DNA from: an uncultured Acidobacteriota bacterium
GTDB taxonomy: Bacteria; Acidobacteriota; Terriglobia; UBA7540
NCBI GenBank assembly: GCA_963804995.1
Contig: CAWDSK010000003.1
Span: 1,088,001-1,152,000 of the forward strand
DNA length: 64,000 nt
Direction of reading: 5' to 3'
Shown here: one piece after another, positions 1-11,166 of the stretch
How positions within the stretch are numbered: position 1 is the stretch's first letter
How the letters are laid out: every line of letters begins with the position of its first letter
Made by a program: the position numbers and the translations under genes
The notes under the pieces: model-generated
Database searches by the model: none
The model's input: only the letters and a program-made list of their open reading frames with translations
What the model was told of the DNA's origin: nothing

Positions 1-4
1 TACG

Positions 5-316
5 TTGTCGGAGCGGACCCAATCTGCCCACAACCGTGGGCGCGGTTCTGAACGGCGTTCCCGGTCAAACGAAGCCGCTAATCGTCGAGAGAGTATGTTC
101 GGACGGTGCCACCAGTGTGAGAAAAATTACCGAGTTCTTGGCATCAGCCCTAATGCGACAGCCAAGGAGGTTAGTGCAGCCTACAGAGACCTCGCAAAGA
201 TTTTTCATAGTGACCGCCTCCAGACTTACGAGGACCGCGTAAGACGTAAGGCCGAGGGGGAACTCAAGGAGATCAATGAAGCGTATGCCCACATCTCCTC
301 GCACTGGAAATCCTAG
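5..316 (+). CDS. J-domain (DnaJ-like) protein, HPD replaced by HSD; start uncertain (frame open to the window edge, alternative ATG at 95)
   Basis: NYRVLGISPNATAKEVSAAYRDLAKIFHSDR...KEINEAY matches the J-domain pattern. Confidence 0.75.
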   Translation: MSERTQSAHNRGRGSERRSRSNEAANRRESMFGRCHQCEKNYRVLGISPNATAKEVSAAYRDLAKIFHSDRLQTYEDRVRRKAEGELKEINEAYAHISSHWKS

Positions 317-330
317 CGACGAACATCTTT

Positions 331-1308
331 TTGAAAGGCTGGCTGCCGCCCCTCCCAATTTGGTGGAAAAGGAAACTGCGACAGTTCACAAAGCACTGCG
401 GCCGTGATGTGGAGCCAGCGGCCGGGACCAGCATCGTTGCTCAGACTCCGCCCACTATTCCGCCGGGTGCAGAAAGGCTCAATCCCAAGGACGGGCTAAA
501 ATACGTGTGGATCCCGCCGGGGACTTTTATCATGGGCTGCGCGCAGGGGGATAATGAGTGTGGCGAGGAGGAATTCTGGGGGGATGAAAAGTGTGAGCAT
601 TGTGACGAAATCCCGCACCAAGTGACCATTACCAAAGGCTTCTGCCTGGGGCAGACGCAAGTGACGGTGGGTGCGTACAAGCGGTTCGCAGTAGCCCAAG
701 GGCGGCAAATGCCTCCTGAGCCAGATTATGAGGGGAGGCCGCTCAATCCTGGCTGGGGTAACGACGCCATGCCCATGGTCGATGTGTCATGGGATGATGC
801 GCAGGCATATTGCCGTTGGGCAGGAGGTCGGCTGCCCACTGAGGCGGAGTGGGAGTATGCGGCGAGGGCCGGGAGCACTGACTCGCGGTATGGCGACCTG
901 GATGAAATTGCCTGGCACGGGGGCAACAGTGGGCGGCAACGCTTGGGCGACGCCACAATTTGGAAGGATGCCCGAGTTAGGGATAAGCGCTACATCGAGA
1001 ACGGCAACGGCATGCACGAGGTCGCTCAAAAGCGCGCCAACGACTTCGGGCTGTACGACATGCTGGGGAATGTGGAGGAGTGGGTGAACGACTGGTATGA
1101 CTCGGACTATTACAAGAAGAGCCCGTCTCGAAACCCTACCGGGCCGACGAGCGGGGGAAAGTACGACGGGTCTCGCCGCTCTTGCCGTGGCGGATATTGG
1201 GGCAACACTCCCATGGAAACACGGGTGTCGAAGCGCTCCAGTTGCCATCCAGGCGCCAGGGTCTACTTTATAGGGTTCCGTTGTGGCGGAGAAGTGTTTG
1301 CTCCTTAA
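331..1308 (+). CDS. FGE-sulfatase (SUMF1/EgtB-like, C-type lectin fold) domain protein, probably non-catalytic; start uncertain
   Basis: Motifs PPGTFIMG, RLPTEAEWEYAARAG, NDFGLYDMLGNVEEW, RGG, IGFRC; lacks the Cys pair of true FGE after RGG. Confidence 0.85.
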   Translation: MKGWLPPLPIWWKRKLRQFTKHCGRDVEPAAGTSIVAQTPPTIPPGAERLNPKDGLKYVWIPPGTFIMGCAQGDNECGEEEFWGDEKCEHCDEIPHQVTITKGFCLGQTQVTVGAYKRFAVAQGRQMPPEPDYEGRPLNPGWGNDAMPMVDVSWDDAQAYCRWAGGRLPTEAEWEYAARAGSTDSRYGDLDEIAWHGGNSGRQRLGDATIWKDARVRDKRYIENGNGMHEVAQKRANDFGLYDMLGNVEEWVNDWYDSDYYKKSPSRNPTGPTSGGKYDGSRRSCRGGYWGNTPMETRVSKRSSCHPGARVYFIGFRCGGEVFAP

Positions 1309-1410
1309 GCGATGAAGTGACGCGGAGGAGCGTAGAAATCGCGCACCTCCGCGCTACCGGCTACCCATGGGTCCTGGGAGGCATTCGGTGAGGGGAAGCG
1401 AGAGGGCCCC

Positions 1411-2571
1411 TTAGGTCAGCTCAGACACTGGCAACGCCCGGAATCCCTTGCCGAGCGGAAAACTATTGGGCGTGCGGCAGACCACGGCGCCGCTGGCCAC
1501 CCTCGCTTTCCCCACAGCTTTGCTTACAAACTCCAGGTTCACGGCGTCACTCGGGTCCGGCAATTCGGTCCACTTCGCTTCGAAGAGTTCCAACTTTCCG
1601 CCCCTGTCCACCACGAAATCCACCTCGCGCGTGCGGTCACGCCAGAAGAACAGGCTACCGGCGCGTCCGGCTCTCCGTTCACGGCCGCGCAGTTGGGCGC
1701 AAACAAAGGTTTCCCAAATCGCTCCCGCTGCCGGTGACTCGCGCAGGGCATCTTCCGAACGGATATTCAATAATGAGCAAAGCACGCCGGTATCCGCCAG
1801 GTAGAGTTTCGGGCTTTTGACGATGGACCTGGTGCGGTTGGCGAACCAGGGCTCCAGCAGCACAACCTGCCCGGAAGCCTCCAGAGTTGACAGCCACTGG
1901 TTCGCGGTGGAAGGAGCGATCCCGACGTCGCGCGCCAGATCCGCCTTGTTCAGCAGGTTTCCGGAACGCAGGGCGCAGGCGCGCAGGAAGCGTTCAAAGT
2001 CCCGCAGGCTGCCCACATTGGCTATCGAGCGCACATCCCGTTCCAGATAAGTGGCCAGATACGAGTTGTAAAAGGCTACGGAGTCAATGTCCGGGTTGGC
2101 GTGCAGCTCCGGAAAACCGCCCCGTACGATCGTCGCCTCCAGGCCGGATCGGGGCAGCGCGGCCTGGATCTCCGCCCAGGTGAGGGTTTCCAATTCCACA
2201 ATGTCAGCCCGCCCCGCCAGGGACTCCGAAACATTCTTCATCAAAGTGAATTTCTGTGAACCCGTCAGCAGGAACTGCCCGTGGCGCGTGCGATGGGCGT
2301 CAACCTTCACCTTCAAATGCCGGAATAGCCCGGGCGCGTATTGGACTTCATCGATAATCACCGGCGCCGGGTGGCGGCGAAGGAAGTTGTCAGGCTCTTT
2401 TTCCGCCTGTTCCGCTTCCGTCGGCAGGTCGAGCGAGACAAACCCATATTGCGGAAACAGCCTCAGCAGGGTGGAGGTTTTACCCGTCTGCCGGGCGCCG
2501 GTCAGCACCACCACGGGCCGGGTTCGCGCCGATCGTAGGACGCGGGGTTCGATGTCGCGTGGTATCCACAT
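1411..2571 (-). CDS. AAA+ ATP-binding protein (AAA_14 plus DUF4143 type)
   Basis: GARQTGKT Walker A, IIDEVQ Walker B, LTGS, KSPKLYLADTG, C-terminal EVDFVV...FEAK; start re-assigned to MWIPR. Confidence 0.9.
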   Translation of the reverse strand: MWIPRDIEPRVLRSARTRPVVVLTGARQTGKTSTLLRLFPQYGFVSLDLPTEAEQAEKEPDNFLRRHPAPVIIDEVQYAPGLFRHLKVKVDAHRTRHGQFLLTGSQKFTLMKNVSESLAGRADIVELETLTWAEIQAALPRSGLEATIVRGGFPELHANPDIDSVAFYNSYLATYLERDVRSIANVGSLRDFERFLRACALRSGNLLNKADLARDVGIAPSTANQWLSTLEASGQVVLLEPWFANRTRSIVKSPKLYLADTGVLCSLLNIRSEDALRESPAAGAIWETFVCAQLRGRERRAGRAGSLFFWRDRTREVDFVVDRGGKLELFEAKWTELPDPSDAVNLEFVSKAVGKARVASGAVVCRTPNSFPLGKGFRALPVSELT

Positions 2572-2871
2572 GTGCATAATATGCGATACAATCGAATATA
2601 TTGCAAGAGCTTCTCCGCTGAGTGGGGTAGCCACGGGATCGCCACGGCTGAAAGTCCGCCGAGCTTGGGCGACCGTTCGCACAGGCCAGCGCCGCCCCCA
2701 CGCCAGAAGCCGGCCCTGGGGCGCAGGGCGCTGGTCCGTGCCTTGGGTTGGCTTCCGCAGATCGGGTAGCGCAGGCGTATGCGTTGTTTGCTTTCGTCTG
2801 CGGCCCTTCAATGGCCCTTGGAATGTCCTCTAGGGATGTTAATGCCATGGTTGATGTTTCCATGTTAAGAA

Positions 2872-2900
2872 CCGCGGAGGAAGGCAAAAGACGCCCACCT
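2872..2900. repeat. 29-bp direct repeat (truncated REP), identical to 4779-4807
   Basis: CCGCGGAGGAAGGCAAAAGACGCCCACCT at both positions; related palindrome at 1321-1358. Confidence 0.85.
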
Positions 2901-2902
2901 GC

Positions 2903-4198
2903 TCACCGTGCTATCGGCCGGGGCTCTGTGGGGAAAGCTGCGCGCGCGGCGGTTGGCTGAGGGGGATTCATCATTCCCAGCCAGAGGTCGCGTGCGGCCG
3001 CGAATTGGCTCCATTGTGCATCGGGGACCGGAGCGGCGGGCGGCAGTTGGAGCTTGGCGAAGTTAAGGAATACGCCGTGGCGGCAGATGCGGAAATCAAG
3101 ATGGGGACCGGTGGCGAGGCCGGTTTGCCCGACCAGTCCGATCCGCTGGCCCTGCGTCACGCGCTGTCCGGCATGGACCAGGAGGCGCGAAAGGTGGAAG
3201 TAGTAAGTCTGATATCCCTTCTGGTGTTGAAGGCAGATGGCCGTGCCCGCCTCGCCGTGCCAGCCGGCGTAAACCACGCGCCCGTCCGCCACGGCCTGAA
3301 CCGGCGTTCCCACCGGGGCGCCGTAGTCGATGCCCAGATGCGGCCGGTAAACCTTCAAAATCGGATGAAGGCGATTATTGCTAAAACGGGATGTAATGGG
3401 CGCCGTGTACAGGAGAGGCGAATGCAGGAACGTTTTGCGCAGCGATTTGCCCTCCGGGGTGAAATACTCCGGCTTCCCCTCGGAATCGCAGAACAGGACC
3501 GCCTGATAGTTTTTTCCGGCATTGACGTATTCCGCCGCGAGAATTTGTCCGTAGCTGAGCACCTGGCCATCGAGTGAAGTTTTCTTCTCCACCAGCACCC
3601 GGAACGTATCCCCGGGCTGAGGATCGGTGTAGAAATCGAGGTCATATTGGAAGATTTCGGCCAGCCGCAAGGCCAGTTCGGGTTTTTCTCCAGCCCCGGT
3701 GACAGCGTTGAAAAGAGAATCGTGGATCTGGCTCGCCACCACCAGCTTTCGCGTGTTGGAAGGAATCACCTCAATCCGGGCTTGGAAGTTGTCGCCCTGG
3801 GTCGTGATGCAAAGCATGCGGTCGTTATCGATTCGGTAGTCTACGGCGCGGATCCCGTCGGCGGCGGAGCGGCCCACGGCCACGGAATGTCCGGCGGTAA
3901 ACCCGCGGAAATCAAACACCGGTTTCGCGCAGGCGACCAGTTTCGATATCGTGCCCAGGTCGGCTCCCAGATCCGAGAGCACGCTCGCGAAGGTCTTGCC
4001 GGATTCCACCTGCTCAATCCGGAACACGATTCGGCGCCGGGCGATTTCTTTCGCCGACTGGAGCGCCAGCTCCGCTTGCTGTGCCAGAGATCCTTCGGCC
4101 GAGCGGCGCACATGTATCGAGAAAAGGGCGAGACATATCCCCGGGGCAGCGAAAATCAGGCAGACCAAAAAGAATCGAGGTTTCACAATATGTCCCAT
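2903..4198 (-). CDS. M23 family peptidoglycan DD-metalloendopeptidase
   Basis: N-terminal hydrophobic segment; HLGIDY (HxxxD), YFHL and TGPHLDF motifs. Confidence 0.9.
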   Translation of the reverse strand: MGHIVKPRFFLVCLIFAAPGICLALFSIHVRRSAEGSLAQQAELALQSAKEIARRRIVFRIEQVESGKTFASVLSDLGADLGTISKLVACAKPVFDFRGFTAGHSVAVGRSAADGIRAVDYRIDNDRMLCITTQGDNFQARIEVIPSNTRKLVVASQIHDSLFNAVTGAGEKPELALRLAEIFQYDLDFYTDPQPGDTFRVLVEKKTSLDGQVLSYGQILAAEYVNAGKNYQAVLFCDSEGKPEYFTPEGKSLRKTFLHSPLLYTAPITSRFSNNRLHPILKVYRPHLGIDYGAPVGTPVQAVADGRVVYAGWHGEAGTAICLQHQKGYQTYYFHLSRLLVHAGQRVTQGQRIGLVGQTGLATGPHLDFRICRHGVFLNFAKLQLPPAAPVPDAQWSQFAAARDLWLGMMNPPQPTAARAAFPTEPRPIAR

Positions 4199-4339
4199 GC
4201 TTCAGCCTGGGCAGCTACCGGCGCAGTGCGTCTCAAATCGTGGTGCGTAGGATTGCCATGTTGTGCCTTAGCTCGCACCTGTCCCCAAAGGTCGGGACGC
4301 TGCAAGTCCGTGACACGGCACACCAGCGGCAGGATACCG

Positions 4340-4817
4340 CACGCCGGGCGGGAGCCGAAGCACTTTCTTGGGCGTGGCACAGCCACTCCTGGCTGTGTCG
4401 CTAAGCTCGAACCTCAACCCACATTCACAGGCAGGAGTGCCTGTGCTACCACGGGCGGCTGGGCCACGCCTACTTCTTCGCCACGATACATTCACTCAAT
4501 CGGCGCACGAAGAACCGCGGACCTCAACGGCGGAGGTCCGCGCTACGAGGTTTGCTCCCTCGGTATCGTTAGCACTATGCGTAGCGCGGTCCCCCGGTTT
4601 TGGGGTCCGCGGTTCTTCATGTGGCAAACCCACGAATCTCAGACGGTCGCGCCGCAACTATTTCTTCGTCACGATACATCTGCTCAAGTGGCACAGGAAG
4701 AGCCGCGGACCTCAACGGCGGAGGTCCGCGCTACAAGAGGGCTAAATCGCAGAACTGAGCTCGTTCTGCGCCAGCCGGCCGCGGAGGAAGGCAAAAGACG
4801 CCCACCTCCGCGCTACC
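4340..4817. repeat. Cluster of GTAG-type REP palindromes (REPIN/BIME-like)
   Basis: GTAGCGCGG-palindrome-CCGCGGTTCTTC units in alternating orientation; 4539-4750 recurs at 13913-14123; single units near 32188-32224 and 52228-52264. Confidence 0.8.
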
Positions 4818-4960
4818 TGCTTCGTGGTGCTTTCCTTGATTGCGGGTGGGATGCTGGCAACGCGCTGGAATTACAAGCGCGTAGCGCAGCAGAATTAGGC
4901 GCGCAGCAACTTACCCTGCGGCCCGTCGATAGTTGGGAGCGGCCGCCTCTGTTCCCTTCC

Positions 4961-7564
4961 CTACTTCCAATTCACGAACAACGGTGAGGACCAGGCAATC
5001 ATGCCGTCTTTTTGCAGGAGCCGCACGTAGTAGTAGTGACGTCCGCCGTCCGTGTTGGCTTCTTGATAATTCAAACTCACCTCTTGCTGGTTTGGCTCCT
5101 CGGAATGGATGACCTTTCCGTCCTTGAGCATATCCACCTTCAAAATGACTGCTGTCCCGCGGGCTTTGACGCGTATCGGTGGAAGCGGACCGGAACTGCT
5201 CACCAAGTCCCCCATGAAGTGCTCGCCCATCCGCACCTCCAGCAGAATATTATCGGTGGCCCCATAGGTGTGCCGCTTGCGGAAAGCGTTGAGGATCCCC
5301 TCGCGCGTCGGATCGTCCGTGTAAACCATCGCATAAGAGATGTGCGTGGAGACGTGATCGGAGCTCGCAATCACCCCCAGGCGGTATCCCTTTTCCCAGG
5401 CGTTCACGACCATTCCTTCCGGTCTGTTCGTATTCATGACATCGGGCCAGGGCGGAATGGAGCGCGCGGCCTCTTGCGCTTCTTGCTCGGTAAGACAGTA
5501 AGGCGCGCCAGCCTGCTCGTAGCATTTCCGCAGGCCCTGGAAAATCTCCACCACCGGCTCCACATCGGGGTGGGGGTCCCGCCAGTCGGTCCCCATGCCC
5601 GTGCCGGTCGTATGCGGAATGGTTATGCCGTGACGTGCGCCCACGTCGTCGTGAAGCAATTGAATGTCATTCTCAACGAGTAGACCACTTTCGTCGGCGG
5701 GCTCATCACCTTCCGAGCTAAGGGGCAGGGTGTAAAATCCCACCCCGCGGCGCAAGAAGAAAGGAACCATATGGGCATCCGCGCGCCGGGGATAGAATAC
5801 GTTCCGGTGCCCAAACGGAAAACTGGCGCTCCGCTCGTAGGCATAGAAACCCACGTAGGTTCCGGGAATATGATACATGTCGGTCATCTTGAGCGAGTAC
5901 CACCACCAATACGGCCAGGCGCCGCCTTGGTGATCCGTGTTGGCGCCAAAGTCCAATGAGCCGGCATCGAGCATATAACGATAGAAATCCTGCAAAGACC
6001 CATCCATGCGTCCTCCCTCGTCCCAGCTCAGTTCGGTGTGACGATGAAAGTCGCCGCGCAACAGGCGATGCTCCTTGCCGTCAATGGTGGCTCGATGCTG
6101 GCGGATGATCTCTAAATCATGAGTTTCCTGCGTCGGTCCGGGTGCAGGTTGTGCCGTCTCTTCTTCCGCGGGCTTTAGCTCCGCCGGTCCCTTCGCAGTG
6201 GGGGCAAGAATCATGCCCGCGTAGACCTGTTGGCGAATGGGGCGATGATAATAAGCGACCGTCCGATTGTCGGTGGGCCAAGTCAGCCAAAGATCGTGGT
6301 TGGGCGCGAGCGCCGCGTTTAGGCGCGTGCTGGATCTTCCTTTGCTGGCGGGCAAGGGATTGGGCTCGGACCAGCGGTTTTGATCCAAATGCGTTACCCG
6401 ATACTCCCAGTAGCCATACTGGTTTTCCCAGGTCTCCCAGAAAGCCTCCTTTTGGGGATAAGCGGGACGGTATTTCGCCAGCTCCCGCACCTTGGCAACC
6501 ACCCATACCGATCCCGCCCCGTCTGAAAAAACATGCGGTTGATAGGTGTCCGATCCTGTGAATGCCCCCGCAAGCTCTGCCTGCGGCTCCAGCCACTTTC
6601 CATTCTCGTAGCAGCGAATCTTTGGTTCGCGGAAACCTCCCAAGGGCACCCCAATCTGCCGTCCAGCTAGAATTTGCCCTTGATCCTTGCCCCAATTCGG
6701 GTGTCCTGACTCCCAAGCAACCCAGACGCGGTCCAAGGTGTCCACGGCCAAGGTAGCCCGCGCGTCGAAACGCGGAGTGGTGGCGACGGGTATTTCTTCG
6801 CCCACTTTCCCACCTCGAACTGGAGTGAGAAACACATCGTAGTGCCCATTCTTATAACTGTCGTAAGCCACCCAGACGGTGCCCTTGCCGTCCATGGCGA
6901 CCGAGGGCTCCCAGTCATTCGCCTCCCGTTGGGTAACGCGAATCTCTTCCGACCATTTCTCGCCCTCCAGGGTGCGTAGGAAAATATTGCTGCTTGCCCT
7001 TGTAGACGGTGGCGAGTGCCGCCGGAAGCCTTGCCAAACTATTGCCGCCCTTCCTTTGCCGTCTGACCAGACGCGCGGATTGATGTCTGGCAAAGGGTCT
7101 GATGTCAATTGTTCGAGCGCACTCCATTTTTGACGGGCCGGATCAAACCGGCGCGCGTAGATATCCCACTGACCATTAACTTGCTGCGACCAAACCACCC
7201 AAACTCGGTTGGAGGAGTCCGCCGCCACATGGGGGAGCCAACTGTCACCACTCGTCCCCGGCACCCACTGGAGGTTTTGCCAGATGTTATCCTTGTAAGC
7301 GCGGATGGCCACGTCATCCCGACTGCCGTCAAAGGTTAGCCAAGCCACCCACACGGTACCGTCGGGCGCTATGGCAATCGAAGGCATATCATCTTGGCGG
7401 TACTCATGACCCACGGGGATGGCATTAACTGTGCCACCTTCAGCAAGCCACTTAATCGGCAGAGCGGGCAGGGCCAGTCCCCCCAGGCCCGCGCCCGCCG
7501 TCATCCCGAAGAACCCTCAACGTGTGAGCTTCTTTTTTCCCACGTTCTCCCCTTGGGTGGTCAT
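4961..7564 (-). CDS. Tat-exported beta-propeller plus PHP-fold metallohydrolase (DUF3604/CehA-like); in-frame TGA at codon 16 inside the twin-arginine motif
   Basis: From ATG 7564: MTTQGENVGKKKLTR*GFFGMTAGAGLGG; GDFHRHT, TDHQ, IPHT and SSDH metal motifs. Confidence 0.75.
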
Positions 7565-7632
7565 GGATAGTTCCCACCCTCTACGCGTATTAGGATGTTT
7601 GCATCCGATACCACTGAGTGGGAATAGCCGTT

Positions 7633-10600
7633 TCAAAAGTAAAGCTTCATCGCCACCTGGCCGACACGCGGGCTACGTGCCGACGTCACTAGTCCAAACA
7701 CCGAGGAAAGAAAGTTGCCACTTGGATTATTGAACTGTGCGTGGTTAAAGGTATTGAAGAACTCTCCCCGGATTTGGAGGCTCTTCGATTCGGTCAGTCG
7801 CAAATTCTTCGTAAGTGCCAAATCCCAGTTATTGAGCCCCGGTCCATGAAAAAAGCGCTGACTCGCGGTACCCAACTGCCCGAATAGTCCAGGGCTGAAC
7901 AGCGAGGTATTGAAGTAATCCGGGCGGGTCCGCGGGTCCCTAAAATTCATCGGGCCAGGCGTAAAGTTAGGCGTGTCGACGTTTTGACCCGCGCCCCCTG
8001 TGTCCATGCCTAACAACGAGTGGTCATCCCGCTCACTAATGAAGACGGGCAAGCCAGTTGTAAAACGGGTGATGCCAGCGATGATCCAACCACGAGTCGC
8101 CCGGTTTTCTCGAAACAACTTGTCACAGGGTAGCTCATAACTGTAACTTGCAACGAAATTATGCGTCATGTCGAAGGATGAAAGACCTTTGGATAAGTGG
8201 CCGTTAACTGGATTGATGGTCAGTCCGCCCGTACCGTAACTTGATGCGTCGTCCAGGGATTTGCTGTAAGTATACGCCGCCAGCCATTCCAGACGGCCGG
8301 AGGTATGGCGGAGCGTAGCCTCCAGGGCGTTATAGTTGGAATTAGCTATGGTCGTAAAAACCACATCGCTGCCAAAAGCAGGACCCAATGGCGATCGAGT
8401 ACTGTTGATAACTCCACCGCCAATGGGATAATAGATCCCGTTTTCTCCAAATTGTGCGCAAGTGGGGGTTCCCGCAACCACCTGGCTTGGTTGACTCACA
8501 CTCAGACACAAAGCTGGATTCCCTACGTTGGCCCCCAAACTGGCAAGAAGGTGATGTGCTTGGGTTCCCACATAACTAATACTCAGCAGCGTTTGAGCCC
8601 CAAACTGGCGTTGGACCGAGAAATTGTAATGTTCGGTCACAGGGAGGACGTTCTTGGTAAAGAAACCCGGAGAATTCGTAATGGGCTCATACTGAGCCCA
8701 GTTGACGTTCGGATCGGGGTTGGAGGCTGAGACATTGAGAGGAGGAAAACTGATCGGGAAGCGCTGTCCTTCGTTATTTCCCGTATTGAGTTCGATGAAA
8801 GGCGTAGCAAAAAGTACTGGAGCGGGATTAACCCAAAAGAATCCATAGGGAGCATCACCTACTACGTTGTTTAGGTCTACGGCATCCCCAAAAGAAGTGT
8901 AAAACATCCCCCAGCCTGCTCGAATACTGGTGCTCCCAGAATCACCAAAGAGCTTGTGGGCTAACCTTCCCTCGCCTCGCGGGGAGTAAGCAAGACCGAC
9001 TCGCGGTGCAAAATTGTCATAGCGCGTTGGGGCGACGGTAGAAGGAATCCCCGGGTCTCCAGGCACAAGCAACCCTTTCGGTGCAGTGGGAAAGACAACC
9101 GACTGTGCACCAGGCACCAATGTCTCAAGTTCGCTGTGCTCTTCCCACCAAGGACTGCTCGCTTCCCACCGGAGTCCGTAGTTAAGCGTTAGGCTGCGTT
9201 TGGCCCGCCAACTGTCCTGGATATACAGCGCATAGTATCGGCTACGCGAATAGACATTCAGCTGCAGACCCTGATAGTATTGTGTCGGGGCACCCAGCAG
9301 GAAATCTGCAAAGTCATCCCCAGTCTGTGTTCCACTGAAAACAAACTGGCCATTGGCCTCCGACCAGCTGGATTCGTTGATCTGCGCGTAATGATAGTCC
9401 CCGCCGAACTTTATCGTATGAGTTCCAGACACTATCGCGTAATTGTTGAGCACTTGATAGGTGTTGTAATTGAAGGTTGTATAATCGGAGACCATCCCGA
9501 ATGCAAAGTTGTTTAAACTGACGGGAGGAACGCCCTCGATCGGAGGGTACAAGGGAACTATTCCTGGAGTGCTCGCCCCTGTCACGAAACCTAGGGAACT
9601 CAGACTTGGGCCAGCTCCGCCAAGAGGTTTGTCGGCCCCGAGAGCGTTACGCATATAGGATAGACGGAGTTCGTTAACTTTAGAACCTCCAAAGGACTTA
9701 GTGTCGCCTAAGTTGAGCAGCTGTGCCCGAGCAGGGCTGATAGCCCCAAAACCAGGCACCGTTGACTGGGGATAGGGGTTAACGAGACTATCATCGTCCA
9801 TAAAGTAGTACCCCGAGAGCATCCCAATGCGAGTATTTCCATCCAGCCGGGCGCCCCCCTTGTCGTCCCTTAACGTTTGATCATAGGCTGAAGTTGAAAA
9901 AAATCCGCTGCCAACGTTGGGCGTCGGAATGTATGGCATCAAATGTGACACGGGAGCCGCCCAGGCAGCTTGAGGTATGGAAGCATTTGGGAAAACACAT
10001 TGCGCGGAAGAAGTACAGCCACTGGAATAGTAAGGTTCACCGGATGTCACTGGGTAGCCCAGGCTTTGGGAGAGGAGACTAGCAAAGTACGGTCCGCTGA
10101 CCGACCCGGTCAGCCCGCTAGCAGCGTCGGCCAAGTTTCCCAGGCGATCCTGAGCCGATGGAACAGGAATAAGTCCGGTGTCCACGCCCACAACCTGGCG
10201 TGTTCCTTGATAGTCCGCAAAAAAGAATACCTTGTCCCGGCGTATGGGCCCTCCAAACGTTCCTCCAAATTGGTTCTGGTGGAGGGTTCCTCGACCAGGC
10301 GAAAAGAAATTGCGCGAGTCCATATCAGAGTTACGCAGAAAGTCGAAAGCGTCGCCGTGAAATCGGTTGGTGCCGGATTTGGTTACGACGTTGATCAATC
10401 CTCCACTATAATTCCCATATTCCGCATCAAAGTTATTGGTCAAAATTCGGAACTCGGCTATTGAGTCGATGTTGGGAATAATTGCCGCCCCGTTAAACTT
10501 CCCCTCCTCAACGGTCCCTCCATTTACCATGAATCCGTTGGCTTCCTCTCGCTGGCCGCTGATTGAAAGATTTCCAGGATTCAAATCTCCTGAAACCTGA

Positions 10601-11166
10601 GGGGAGCTATACAGACCTGTCGCTTTGGGTACCACGCCTGGCTGCAAAGCAAGCAAATCAGTATAGGAGCGGCCATTGAGTGGCAGGGTCGTCATCTTGA
10701 CCCCTCCGATCACCTCGCCCATCTGTGTGTTGGTGGTCTCGACGTGAACAACCGTTGACGAAACATTTACCTTCTCAGTAACCTGGCCCACTTCCAGCGA
10801 AGCATCAACCCGTAGCGCGGTGTTGACGTCAAGGACAAGACCCGTCTCCACGTATTCCTTGAACCCTTGCGCCTGAATGCTGAGGTTGTAGTGGCCTACC
10901 GGGAGAGCCGGCAATGAATAGAACCCTTGTGCATTCGTTTTAGTCGATTCCTTTACGCCTGTCCCCGTATTGAGGGCCGCAACACCGGCTCCAGGAATTA
11001 CTGCACCCGAGGAGTCAGACACGGTTCCGGAAATGCTCCCCATGACGCTTCCCCATAAAATCGGCAGAGTGGTAACCAGCACGAATAGGGGAAGGACCAG
11101 GAAACCCGACGAGACGAATTGTCTCGCGAAACGGCGAAGACCAAAATACAGATTCCGGCTATTCAT
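7633..11166 (-). CDS. TonB-dependent receptor with carboxypeptidase-regulatory-like N-domain (Oar-like, acidobacterial type)
   Basis: GSISGTVSDSSGAVIPGA, LPLNGRSY, VTKSGTNRFHG, LTLNYGLRWE, C-terminal PRVGQVAMKLYF. Confidence 0.92.
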   Translation of the reverse strand: MNSRNLYFGLRRFARQFVSSGFLVLPLFVLVTTLPILWGSVMGSISGTVSDSSGAVIPGAGVAALNTGTGVKESTKTNAQGFYSLPALPVGHYNLSIQAQGFKEYVETGLVLDVNTALRVDASLEVGQVTEKVNVSSTVVHVETTNTQMGEVIGGVKMTTLPLNGRSYTDLLALQPGVVPKATGLYSSPQVSGDLNPGNLSISGQREEANGFMVNGGTVEEGKFNGAAIIPNIDSIAEFRILTNNFDAEYGNYSGGLINVVTKSGTNRFHGDAFDFLRNSDMDSRNFFSPGRGTLHQNQFGGTFGGPIRRDKVFFFADYQGTRQVVGVDTGLIPVPSAQDRLGNLADAASGLTGSVSGPYFASLLSQSLGYPVTSGEPYYSSGCTSSAQCVFPNASIPQAAWAAPVSHLMPYIPTPNVGSGFFSTSAYDQTLRDDKGGARLDGNTRIGMLSGYYFMDDDSLVNPYPQSTVPGFGAISPARAQLLNLGDTKSFGGSKVNELRLSYMRNALGADKPLGGAGPSLSSLGFVTGASTPGIVPLYPPIEGVPPVSLNNFAFGMVSDYTTFNYNTYQVLNNYAIVSGTHTIKFGGDYHYAQINESSWSEANGQFVFSGTQTGDDFADFLLGAPTQYYQGLQLNVYSRSRYYALYIQDSWRAKRSLTLNYGLRWEASSPWWEEHSELETLVPGAQSVVFPTAPKGLLVPGDPGIPSTVAPTRYDNFAPRVGLAYSPRGEGRLAHKLFGDSGSTSIRAGWGMFYTSFGDAVDLNNVVGDAPYGFFWVNPAPVLFATPFIELNTGNNEGQRFPISFPPLNVSASNPDPNVNWAQYEPITNSPGFFTKNVLPVTEHYNFSVQRQFGAQTLLSISYVGTQAHHLLASLGANVGNPALCLSVSQPSQVVAGTPTCAQFGENGIYYPIGGGVINSTRSPLGPAFGSDVVFTTIANSNYNALEATLRHTSGRLEWLAAYTYSKSLDDASSYGTGGLTINPVNGHLSKGLSSFDMTHNFVASYSYELPCDKLFRENRATRGWIIAGITRFTTGLPVFISERDDHSLLGMDTGGAGQNVDTPNFTPGPMNFRDPRTRPDYFNTSLFSPGLFGQLGTASQRFFHGPGLNNWDLALTKNLRLTESKSLQIRGEFFNTFNHAQFNNPSGNFLSSVFGLVTSARSPRVGQVAMKLYF

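Noticed and set aside
331..1308. FGE/CLec protein as a diversity-generating retroelement target
   Set aside because: No template repeat of its 3' end seen in the window, and the only RT lies in a complete group II intron.
7517..7519. Selenocysteine at the Tat-motif UGA codons (also 54888)
   Set aside because: The position corresponds to Arg (CGA), not Cys.
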